Origin: an uncultured Acetatifactor sp.
GTDB lineage: Bacteria; Bacillota; Clostridia; Lachnospirales; Lachnospiraceae
Assembly (NCBI GenBank): GCA_947594835.1
Contig: CANQEH010000013.1
Span: forward strand, 8,838-72,837
Length of the DNA stretch: 64,000 nucleotides
Direction of reading: 5' to 3'
Shown here: positions 35,785 through 43,520 of the stretch, piece after piece
How positions within the stretch are numbered: position 1 is the first letter of the stretch
Layout of the letters: each line of letters begins with the position of its first letter
The notes under the pieces: generated by a model
Seen by the model: only the letters and a program-made list of their open reading frames with translations
Databases searched by the model: none
Told to the model about the DNA's origin: nothing
Program-made: the position numbers and the translations under genes

Positions 35785-37356
35785 TTAGTTTTGTAAATTT
35801 CTGGGGCCCATCTGCCCGGGATCCATCCCGCCGGGAGGCATCTCCCCAGGGCTCATCTCCCCGGGAGGCATCTCTCCTCCCATTCCTCCGGGATTCCTGC
35901 CCCCGGGGCCCATCCTGCCGTCCATGCCGTCTCCATAGATCAGCTGCTCCAACGTGATTTCCTGGGTTGTGTCCCCTGCCGTCAGAGTGTACGTCCGCCC
36001 CTGTTCCAGCTGGGGGCAGCTGACCACCACGCAGTTAAAGGCGCTCTCCGGCAGAAACTGCACCAACACCTCCCCCGTTTCGTCCGCCAGGGAAATCTCC
36101 TCTCCCGCCTGGCAGTCCGAAACCTGAAGCAGGATGGAGCCCTGGGTGGAAGCGTCCCCGAAGTTCATGGCCATCCGGCCATCCCCCGCAGCCGCCAGGA
36201 CGCCCCCTGTGATCTGCCCTGTCCCGCCGTAGTCCAGGGAGGCGTTTGCGCCGTCTTCCGGGCCGGAGACATAGGTTTCGCCCCCGGTGACCGTAAGATC
36301 CCCGTTGGAGTCAATGCCGTCGCCCGCCGCGTGGATCTTTAGCATTCCCCCGGAGATGACGATACTGGCGTCGCTTCCGCCAAAGGCCTCGCCGTTCCCC
36401 GGAAAAGCGCCAAAACCGCTCTGGTCATTTCCGCCTGCCGCGTTTAAGCCGTCGTCCGACACGTTTAAGCGGATCTCCCCGCCGGCGATCTGCACCTGGT
36501 TTCCCTCGATCCCCTCATACCCTTGCGTCACTTCCAGACAGCCGCCCAGCACGGAAGCGGAACCGTCTGCGTGGACGCCGTCGTCCTCCACGCACATCTG
36601 CAGCGTCCCACCGCTTACGGTCACATCCCCTTCACTGTTTATGCCGTCCTTTCCTGCGGTAATCCCGATCTGCCCGCCGCCCACGCGCACGCTGTCCTTT
36701 CCCTCCAGTCCGTGGCCCTTTTGGGCGGTTATTGTAAGGCTGCCGCCTGTGACTGCCAGATCGTCCTTGGTGACGACGCCGTGCCCGTCCTCTGCCGTGA
36801 CGCTTAAGCTGCCGCTGCCGTTTATGGTCAGATCACACTTGGAAAAGATGACGCCGTCGATGTTGTTTTCGTCAATGGCCACATAGCCGCCCCCTGTCAG
36901 GCTGTTTCCGGCGTCCGCTGCCAGCGTCACAAACAGCTTATCCGCGCTCTTTGCGTAAATGGCCGCGCCGCTGTGGTTGGAAATCTCCACTCCGTCCAGC
37001 ACAAGCTGTACCTTGTCCGTGTCCGCAGCTTCCACTACCACCATCCCCTCCAGACTGCCCGAGAGAAGGTAAGTTCCCTCGTCAGTGATGGTGACGGTGT
37101 TTCCTGTCACCGCCACGGAAGACCCGCTGCTTGATGCGCCGTCCCCCGTCAGTGAGATGGCGGTGCACTCCGCCGGGTCATAGCTTCCGCTTAAGTCCCT
37201 GTCCGTAAACAGCTGCGAAACATCCGGCAGGGTCTCCCCCACCGTGCCGTTCGCTGCCAGAGTGTCCGTGGCCAGGGTGTCCGTCCCCTGGGATGTCTGC
37301 TCCCCGCAGGCGGTGAGCGCAAGCGCTGCCGCCGCCAGGAGCGCCGCCTGCCTCAT
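35785..37356 (-). CDS. beta-helix carbohydrate-binding-domain lipoprotein (Cthe_2159 / DUF4353-like) with Pro/Gly/Met-rich tail
   Basis: Trimmed to the ATG giving MRQAALLAAAALALTACGE (lipobox). Repetitive ...VTITDEGTYLLSGSLEGMVVVEA...VQLVLDGVEISNHSGAAIYA... pattern typical of that family as I recall it. The upstream 46 codons of the track ORF are 18-bp repeats. Confidence 0.7.
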   Translation of the reverse strand: MRQAALLAAAALALTACGEQTSQGTDTLATDTLAANGTVGETLPDVSQLFTDRDLSGSYDPAECTAISLTGDGASSSGSSVAVTGNTVTITDEGTYLLSGSLEGMVVVEAADTDKVQLVLDGVEISNHSGAAIYAKSADKLFVTLAADAGNSLTGGGYVAIDENNIDGVIFSKCDLTINGSGSLSVTAEDGHGVVTKDDLAVTGGSLTITAQKGHGLEGKDSVRVGGGQIGITAGKDGINSEGDVTVSGGTLQMCVEDDGVHADGSASVLGGCLEVTQGYEGIEGNQVQIAGGEIRLNVSDDGLNAAGGNDQSGFGAFPGNGEAFGGSDASIVISGGMLKIHAAGDGIDSNGDLTVTGGETYVSGPEDGANASLDYGGTGQITGGVLAAAGDGRMAMNFGDASTQGSILLQVSDCQAGEEISLADETGEVLVQFLPESAFNCVVVSCPQLEQGRTYTLTAGDTTQEITLEQLIYGDGMDGRMGPGGRNPGGMGGEMPPGEMSPGEMPPGGMDPGQMGPRNLQN

Positions 37357-37378
37357 CCTGCCGCTTCCCTTTTTTTGT

Positions 37379-37432
37379 CTTTTGCCGTTTTCCTGTGTTT
37401 TTCCAGTTTCCTGTCTTTTGTCAGTTTCCTTG
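37379..37432. repeat. three tandem 18-bp repeats (CTTTTGCCGTTTTCCTGT / GTTTTTCCAGTTTCCTGT / CTTTTGTCAGTTTCCTTG) plus a degenerate fourth at 37361-37378
   Basis: Read directly; lies just upstream of the lipoprotein start codon. Confidence 0.8.
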
Positions 37433-37560
37433 CTATGTCTGCCCATCGTCTTACCGACCTCCCTGACCGCATCCATGCGCTCTCGCTTTTTCAAAGCCCC
37501 GCTGGTTCTGCGCCTGCTATGCCGTCGCTATACCGTCCGGGACTCGCTATGCCTATCCAA

Positions 37561-37620
37561 AATTTTCTATATCTGATTTGAATTTTCTATGCTGCCCTGA
37601 ACTTTCTGTACCTGCCCTGG
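37561..37620. repeat. three ~20-bp tandem units (AATTTTCTAT.../AATTTTCTATGCTGCCCTG/AACTTTCTGTACCTGCCCTGG), decaying further to 37660
   Basis: Read directly. The adjacent 37514-37553 carries three copies of (C/T)GCTAT(G/A)CC. Confidence 0.75.
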
Positions 37621-37684
37621 GCTTGCTGCACTGCCCCGGACTTTTTCAACATCTTTCGGGCTCTCCCCTGCGCCGCAGCCGCAG

Positions 37685-37770
37685 CAGGCGGTCACAGTTC
37701 GCAGCCTCGATCCCTCTCTGGGTAGGCGTGTTGCCACGCCCGTAGCCGCGCAGGCGGTCACAGTTCGCAG
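37685..37770. repeat. 20-bp exact direct repeat CAGGCGGTCACAGTTCGCAG (37685-37704 and 37751-37770)
   Basis: The second copy contains the last four codons and the stop of the DUF4956 gene. The first copy is a duplicate of that gene end 66 bp downstream. Confidence 0.9.
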
Positions 37771-38459
37771 ACCGCCGTTTCCTGCTGGCAGATGGAGATC
37801 TCCAGATTCCCGTTGCGGCAGCGGAGCTTGTCGATCAACTCCTTCTCCGCCCCGGCGTCCTTCAGCACAATGCTGTAAGTCAGCTTAAACAGGCTTCCCA
37901 GACTGGCAGTCTTTACCTGCTCCAGCGCATGGGAGCTTGTATACTCCTCCAGAATCTGGTCAAAGACGCCGGTGTAGTCCAGATCCTCCGGGATGGTGAT
38001 ATGTAGCGTCTTATGCCGCCTGGCCTGCGCTTTGCCGCCGAAGTCCAGCCGGTTGTACACCATCATCACAAGGCCGAGCAGCACCGCAAACAGCACCCCG
38101 TACCCCAGATAGCCCATGCCGTTTATCAGGCCCGTGCACATGGCCAGAAAAATCGCGCAGATCTCCTTCGCCGTGCCGGGCGCCGACCGGAAACGCACCA
38201 GGCTGAAGGTTCCCGCCACCGCCACCCCGGTGCCGATGTTCCCGTTTACCATCAGGATCACCACACACACCACCGCGGGCAGAAGCGCCAAAGTCAGAAG
38301 AAAGCTCTTGGTGCAGCGGCTCCCGACGGTGTATACGGCGGCAAGGAAAAGCCCCGCCAGCAGGGAGACCGCCAGGCAGAGAAGAAACGCCCCCGGGGAG
38401 ATGGAGGCCGCCGCCTGGGCGTCCGTGTCAAAAATTCCTCGAAACCACCTGTCAAGCAT
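37758..38459 (-). CDS. DUF4956-domain membrane protein (copy 1)
   Basis: Four-to-five TM helices with the conserved FSLVRFRSA segment and a C-terminal soluble domain. The start overlaps the VTC gene stop. Confidence 0.8.
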   Translation of the reverse strand: MLDRWFRGIFDTDAQAAASISPGAFLLCLAVSLLAGLFLAAVYTVGSRCTKSFLLTLALLPAVVCVVILMVNGNIGTGVAVAGTFSLVRFRSAPGTAKEICAIFLAMCTGLINGMGYLGYGVLFAVLLGLVMMVYNRLDFGGKAQARRHKTLHITIPEDLDYTGVFDQILEEYTSSHALEQVKTASLGSLFKLTYSIVLKDAGAEKELIDKLRCRNGNLEISICQQETAVCEL

Positions 38460-39168
38460 ATCTCTTTCCTCCTCTTTCTCTCTCCATCAAAGTGCAGTAA
38501 GCGTTCCCGTATTTGGAAAAGGAAACCTTCTGCAGCCGCTCTTTTGTCAGGATTTCCACCATCCAGAGCGGGATCCCCCCGCAGGTCTTTAACTCCATCA
38601 GGGTGCTCCCCTCCTCCAGCAGGGGTTCCCCGGCTGCCTCCTCCCCCAGGGACAGCCCAGACGCCCGCCAGAGGATGTTTTCGTCAAAGGTCACCCGGAA
38701 GCTCTCCTCCTTTTTGTCAAAGAATGCCTCCCGCTCATAGGAGAGAAAGATCTTCGGCTGAAGCGTCCCGTAAAAGGACACAAAATAATCGATCTCGTCC
38801 GTGATCTGGCTCCGTGCAGGCGCCGGAATCCGGCCTGCCAGATAGTCCTCTGCCTCCGTCTGGCGGATGCCCATACGGCGCTTGTAGACCACCGAGTTGT
38901 ACTTCTTTTTCAGCTCTATAAACACCTGATCCTGCGGGGCGGCCTTTTGATAACTGCGCACCCGCAGCTTTTCCTTGTAGACGGGATGCTCTAAAGACCT
39001 GCGGGCCAGCCGGAAGGTATCCGTGTCGTAATAGATATTGCGGATGGTGCTCCTGCCGAAGCGATCCGGCTCCATGCGCCCCTCCAGCGCCTCCATAATC
39101 TTTTGTTTCTGTGCCCCGTTCAACAGGTACTTGATTTCATACCGTTCAAACACCATCGGCGTATCCAT
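38452..39168 (-). CDS. VTC-domain (polyphosphate-polymerase-like / triphosphate tunnel fold) protein (copy 1)
   Basis: Trimmed to ATG 39168 (CAGGAGG SD). MDTPMVFERYEIKYLL (RxExK[Y/F] strand), RNIYYDT, KLRVRSY, MELK, SFSKY. The alternating charged strands are typical of VTC/CYTH tunnels. Confidence 0.8.
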   Translation of the reverse strand: MDTPMVFERYEIKYLLNGAQKQKIMEALEGRMEPDRFGRSTIRNIYYDTDTFRLARRSLEHPVYKEKLRVRSYQKAAPQDQVFIELKKKYNSVVYKRRMGIRQTEAEDYLAGRIPAPARSQITDEIDYFVSFYGTLQPKIFLSYEREAFFDKKEESFRVTFDENILWRASGLSLGEEAAGEPLLEEGSTLMELKTCGGIPLWMVEILTKERLQKVSFSKYGNAYCTLMERERGGKRYA

Positions 39169-39229
39169 AAAAACCTCCTGAAACCGCGGCAGGCTGCTGC
39201 CGCTTTTTTCTGAGATTATCCTAACACGC

Positions 39230-39249
39230 GAACCTAAAGGGAACCTTAA
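39230..39249. promoter_or_regulatory. direct repeat GAACCTAAA-N2-GAACCTTAA (11-bp spacing) at the -35 position of the VTC operon; candidate OmpR-family response-regulator site
   Basis: On the minus strand it reads TTAAGGTTCccTTTAGGTTC, 17 nt upstream of a GATAAT -10-like hexamer (39215-39220). Confidence 0.35.
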
Positions 39250-39283
39250 CCAGATTGTGAAATAAATGTGTTTTCCTGTCCCC

Positions 39284-39313
39284 TTGAAACCCCCGGGCAT
39301 CCTATGCTAGAAT
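39284..39313 (+). promoter_or_regulatory. sigma-A-type promoter TTGAAA-18 nt-TGcTAGAAT for the two-component operon
   Basis: Hexamers at 39284-39289 and 39308-39313. Confidence 0.5.
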
Positions 39314-39361
39314 GAAGCTGTCCAGGGCCCGGCCAAACCGGCCCGGGGAAAGGAGGGCTCC

Positions 39362-40039
39362 ATGCGGCTTTTGATTGCGGATGACGACCAGGATATCCTC
39401 AAGGTGCTGACGGCGCTGTTTGAGCGCAGCCACTACAGCACGGACGTGGTCTCCAACGGAAACGACGCTTACGATTACGCATCAGGCGGGAATTACGACG
39501 GTGTGATCCTGGATGTGATGATGCCCGGCATGGACGGCCTGGAAGTGCTTCGGAAATTAAGGGCGGCCGGGGTGAAGACGCCGGTGCTTTTGCTCACCGC
39601 CAAAGGGGAAGTGGAAGACAGGGTAAGCGGCCTGGACGCCGGGGCAGACGATTATCTGCCAAAGCCCTTTGCGGCTTCCGAGCTGCTGGCCCGGGTCAGG
39701 GCCATGCTCCGCAGGCGGGATCAGTACCGGGGGGACGTCCTCTCCTTTGAGGGTCTGACCCTGGATCTTGCCACTTTTGAGCTGGGATTCGGCGGCAGGC
39801 GCATCCGCCTGGTCAGCCGGGAGTTCCAGATGCTGGAGCTTTTGATGCAGTCCCCCGGCGCCCTGGTGTCCACAGAACAGTTCATGGAGCGCATCTGGGG
39901 ATGGGACTGCGAGGTGGAGCCAAGCATCGTCTGGGTCTACCTCTCTAATCTGCGGAAAAAGATAGAAAACCTGGGCGCGCCTGTGGGCATCCGGGCGGTC
40001 CGGGGCGTGGGCTACTGCCTGGAAAGGAGCGCGTCATGA
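39362..40039 (+). CDS. OmpR/PhoB-family response regulator
   Basis: MRLLIADDDQDILKVL...DVMMPGMDG...LTAKG, and a winged-helix end VRGVGYCLE. Confidence 0.93.
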   Translation: MRLLIADDDQDILKVLTALFERSHYSTDVVSNGNDAYDYASGGNYDGVILDVMMPGMDGLEVLRKLRAAGVKTPVLLLTAKGEVEDRVSGLDAGADDYLPKPFAASELLARVRAMLRRRDQYRGDVLSFEGLTLDLATFELGFGGRRIRLVSREFQMLELLMQSPGALVSTEQFMERIWGWDCEVEPSIVWVYLSNLRKKIENLGAPVGIRAVRGVGYCLERSAS

Positions 40040-41352
40040 TACCGAAGCTTCGCAGGAAATTTATCTCCATCACTGCCTGCACCCTCTTTGCCGTCCTCGT
40101 GCTGGTGGTGGGCTCCATCAACGGTATTTTCTTTTTTCAAAACACCCGCCTCCTCTCCTCCCATCTGGACGGGCTGCTTGCGGAATACGGCTCCGTCCCA
40201 AGGCCCCCCGCCGGCCTGCCGGGAGAAAAGCCTGGCCCCGCCGCGCCGAAAGAGCCCGGCCAGGCCCCCGAAGACTTCCATCTGCTGCCCCGTTTCGAGG
40301 ATCGCCTGAAAGTGCGCCCCGACGGCTGCGTGCTCTTAATGGCGTCAGACGGCTCCATCGCCGACATCCGTCAGGATAACGCAGGCCGGTATTCCCGGGA
40401 GGAGCTGGAAGCGGTGGCGGACGCTGTCCTGTCCAAAGGACGAAGCGAAGGGTGGCAGAAATATTACAAATTCCGGGTGGTCGCCGTGCAGACGCCGGAG
40501 GGGGAGTCCCAGACCCTCATCGGCCTGGTAAACGGCTCCTCCGCCCTTTACGCAGTGTTTAACGCGCTCACCGTTTCGGCCCTGATCGGCGCCCTCTGCT
40601 TTCTCCTGATCCTGTCCGTCCTGATCGTGGCCTCCGGCCGGGCGGTGCGGCCCATCGCAGAGAGCTACGCAAAGCAGAAGCAGTTTGTGACGGATGCGGG
40701 CCATGAACTCAAGACCCCTCTCACCGTCCTCTCCGCCGACAACGAACTGGCGCGGATGACCTTCGGGGACAGCGAATGGTTTGACAACATCGACAAGCAG
40801 GTGGCGCGGATGGACGGCCTGGTACGCAGCCTGATCACCCTGGCCAAAATGGATGAGGGGCAAAAGCCCGTATTCACCCGGTTTTCCTTAAGCGACGCCG
40901 CCTTCGACACCGCCAGATCCTTTGAACACTTAAGCCGCGCCAAAGGCCGGGAGCTTGCGTTAGACATTTCCGATGGGATCTTTTGCCTGGGAGACGAGTC
41001 CAGAATCCGGCAGATGATTTCTATTTTGATGGACAATGCCGTGAAATATTGCGACACAGAGGGGAAGATTTCTGTCAGCCTGCACGCCGGGAGAGGGATA
41101 CGGCTTCAGATTACCAACGATTATGCAAAGGCTTCGGAATTTGAGCCGGAAAAAGTATTTGAACGGTTTTACCGGGCAGACAAGGCCCGCACGGAACCCG
41201 GCAGTTACGGGCTTGGCCTGTCCATCGCCAGATCCATTGCCAGACAGCACAGGGGAGAGATCCGCGCAAAAGCCCTGGAGGGCTGCCGGGTGCGCTTTGA
41301 AGTGACCCTGCCCCTCACCCGGCCTGGGGACGCTGTCTCTGACCGTCGATGA
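40036..41352 (+). CDS. sensor histidine kinase (two TM, HisKA + HATPase_c)
   Basis: H-box FVTDAGHELKTPLTV, N-box ILMDNAVKY, G-box GSYGLGLSIARSIA. The start overlaps the RR stop. Confidence 0.92.
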   Translation: MIPKLRRKFISITACTLFAVLVLVVGSINGIFFFQNTRLLSSHLDGLLAEYGSVPRPPAGLPGEKPGPAAPKEPGQAPEDFHLLPRFEDRLKVRPDGCVLLMASDGSIADIRQDNAGRYSREELEAVADAVLSKGRSEGWQKYYKFRVVAVQTPEGESQTLIGLVNGSSALYAVFNALTVSALIGALCFLLILSVLIVASGRAVRPIAESYAKQKQFVTDAGHELKTPLTVLSADNELARMTFGDSEWFDNIDKQVARMDGLVRSLITLAKMDEGQKPVFTRFSLSDAAFDTARSFEHLSRAKGRELALDISDGIFCLGDESRIRQMISILMDNAVKYCDTEGKISVSLHAGRGIRLQITNDYAKASEFEPEKVFERFYRADKARTEPGSYGLGLSIARSIARQHRGEIRAKALEGCRVRFEVTLPLTRPGDAVSDRR

Positions 41353-42043
41353 CCGCTGCGATGCGCCCTCTGACCAATTCCGAGATCTCCCGGGTGGTTA
41401 AGCTGGCGTATTCCTCAAAGGGAATGGGCTTTAAAAAATGTACCTGGGTCTTTACGCTGCGCAGGGAGTTTATGCCAAAGACCTTGTAGGAGTCGATGAT
41501 GGCCACGGGGACGATGGGCGCCTTTGACCGGGTGGCGCATTGAAAGGAACCGGGCATGAACTGCTGCAGGGCGTTTCGGTTGTTGTCGTAACCGCCCTCC
41601 GGAAAAACGATGTACCGGCGGCCGTTTTTGACCTCCTCCGCAATCCGGTGGATGGTTTTTATCTGCTGTCTCATATCGTTCTTGTCCAGCCTGCTGCCCC
41701 GCACCAGATCCACAAAGGAACCGGCCAAGGGCAGCTGGGATCTGTAAGCGTCCATCACGATGGTGCAGGGCTTTTTGTGAGCGCTCATGATCCCCAGGGT
41801 ATCGTACTTTCCCTGATGGTTGGAGTACATCACATAGCCGCCCTCCTGGGGCAGAAGCTCCGTGCCGAAGGCCTCCGTCTTGATCCGCCCGTTGCGCATC
41901 ATGATACGGATACACCGCCTGGCGATCCTGTAGCATTTCTCCTCGGAATATCTGTCTGGATGCCTGGACACATAATGGGCCCTTTCCGTGTAGTACAGCA
42001 CGAAGGGCAGGGATATCAATATGACGTAACACAATCTCAGCAT
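41315..42043 (-). CDS. lysophospholipid (1-acyl-sn-glycerol-3-phosphate) acyltransferase family protein
   Basis: NHQGKYD (HX4D) and FPEGG motifs; N-terminal TM helix. The 3' end overlaps the convergent kinase gene by 38 nt. Confidence 0.85.
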   Translation of the reverse strand: MLRLCYVILISLPFVLYYTERAHYVSRHPDRYSEEKCYRIARRCIRIMMRNGRIKTEAFGTELLPQEGGYVMYSNHQGKYDTLGIMSAHKKPCTIVMDAYRSQLPLAGSFVDLVRGSRLDKNDMRQQIKTIHRIAEEVKNGRRYIVFPEGGYDNNRNALQQFMPGSFQCATRSKAPIVPVAIIDSYKVFGINSLRSVKTQVHFLKPIPFEEYASLTTREISELVRGRIAAVIDGQRQRPQAG

Positions 42044-42053
42044 CTTTTTTGTC

Positions 42054-43505
42054 CTATACGTTGATCTGAGCCTGTCTGCCCAAAAGACTCCTGTTTTCCT
42101 CCAGAATGGGAGAAATCACCTGGGCAAGATAGCGCTCTGTCTGCTCTCTGGCACAGCCCACATAGCGCTCCGGCTCCATGGATTTTTTAAGCTGCTCCAG
42201 ATCCATGTGGAAAGCGGGATCCGCCGCAATCAGCTCTAAAAGGTTGTTTTCCTTCCCCTCTGCCTTCACGTTCTTTGCCGCCTCCATGGACAGCTCGCGG
42301 ATGCGCTCATGGAGCTCCTGGCGGTTTCCGCCGTTTTTCACCGCGTCCATCATGATGTTCTCCGTTGCCATAAAGGGAAGTTCGCTCTGCAGGTGCTTTT
42401 CAATCACCTTTGGATATACCACCAGACCGTCCACCACGTTTAAGCACAGATCCAGAATCCCGTCCACCGCCAGAAATCCTTCCGGAATGGAGAGGCGCTT
42501 GTTGGCGGAGTCGTCCAGGGTGCGCTCAAACCACTGCACGGCAGAGGTGATAGCCGGGTTTAAAGCGTCCACCATCACATACCGGGCCAGGGAGGCGATC
42601 CGCTCGCTGCGCATGGGGTTGCGCTTATACGCCATGGCGGAAGAACCGATCTGGTTCTTCTCAAAGGGCTCCTCCACCTCTTTTAAGTGCTGGAGCAGAC
42701 GGATATCGTTGCTCATCTTATGGGCGGAGGCGGCGATTCCGGCCAGCACGTTGGCCACCCGGGTGTCTACCTTCCGGGAGTAGGTCTGCCCGGAGACGGG
42801 ATAGCACGCCGCAAAGCCCATCTTTTCCGCGATCATGGGGTCAATCCTGTCCACCTTTTCCTGATCCCCGTCAAACAGTTCCAGAAACGAGGCCTGGGTG
42901 CCCGTGGTTCCCTTGGAGCCCAGAAGCTTTAAGGTAGAGAGCACATAATCTAAGTCCTCCAGATCCAGGGCAAACTCCGAAAGCCAGAGAGTGGCCCGCT
43001 TTCCCACCGTGGTGGGCTGGGCCGGCTGGAAGTGGGTGAACGCCAGGGTGGGCTGTCCCGCGTACTGGCCTGCAAAGTCCGCCAGTCTGGCCATCACATT
43101 TACCAGCTTGGCCTTCACCAGCCGCAGCGCCTCCCGCATGACGATGATATCGGTGTTGTCCCCCACATAGCAGGAGGTGGCGCCCAGGTGGATGATGCCT
43201 GCGGCTTTCGGGCACTGCTGCCCGTAGGCATAGACATGGCTCATCACGTCGTGGCGGACTTCCTTTTCCCTTGCCCTGGCCACCTCGTAGTTGATGTCCT
43301 CCGCATGGGCCTTTAACTCCTGGATCTGCTCGTCCGTGATGACGGGGACGCCGTTCTGGCACAGCCCCAGTTCCTTCTCCGTCTCCGCCAGGGCGATCCA
43401 GAGCCTGCGCCAGGTTCTGAATTTCATATCCTGGGAAAAAATGTACTGCATCTCCTGGCTTGCATAGCGCTCGGAGAGAGGGCTGATATATCTGTCTGTG
43501 CGCAT
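42054..43505 (-). CDS. purB: adenylosuccinate lyase
   Basis: Fumarate-lyase signature GSSAMAYKRNPMRSE; 483 aa. Confidence 0.95.
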   Translation of the reverse strand: MRTDRYISPLSERYASQEMQYIFSQDMKFRTWRRLWIALAETEKELGLCQNGVPVITDEQIQELKAHAEDINYEVARAREKEVRHDVMSHVYAYGQQCPKAAGIIHLGATSCYVGDNTDIIVMREALRLVKAKLVNVMARLADFAGQYAGQPTLAFTHFQPAQPTTVGKRATLWLSEFALDLEDLDYVLSTLKLLGSKGTTGTQASFLELFDGDQEKVDRIDPMIAEKMGFAACYPVSGQTYSRKVDTRVANVLAGIAASAHKMSNDIRLLQHLKEVEEPFEKNQIGSSAMAYKRNPMRSERIASLARYVMVDALNPAITSAVQWFERTLDDSANKRLSIPEGFLAVDGILDLCLNVVDGLVVYPKVIEKHLQSELPFMATENIMMDAVKNGGNRQELHERIRELSMEAAKNVKAEGKENNLLELIAADPAFHMDLEQLKKSMEPERYVGCAREQTERYLAQVISPILEENRSLLGRQAQINV

Positions 43506-43520
43506 GGATCCTGCCTCCTT

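Noticed and set aside
37500-37660. Possible CRISPR-like array, because of regularly spaced short repeats.
   Set aside because: The units are only ~10-20 bp, degenerate and contiguous without unique spacers. No cas genes are present in the window.
37567-37761. 64-aa minus-strand ORF in the repeat spacer.
   Set aside because: It is generated by the duplicated DUF4956 gene end and repeats. It has no SD and an Ala/Gly/Cys-rich implausible product.
41415-42032. 205-aa alternative-frame ORF inside the acyltransferase gene. Similar cases are 46138..47016, 47497..47934, 50184..50621 and 52167..52802.
   Set aside because: These are same-strand out-of-frame ORFs within genes whose primary frame carries the recognisable motifs. 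Their products are Gly/Arg/Pro-rich.
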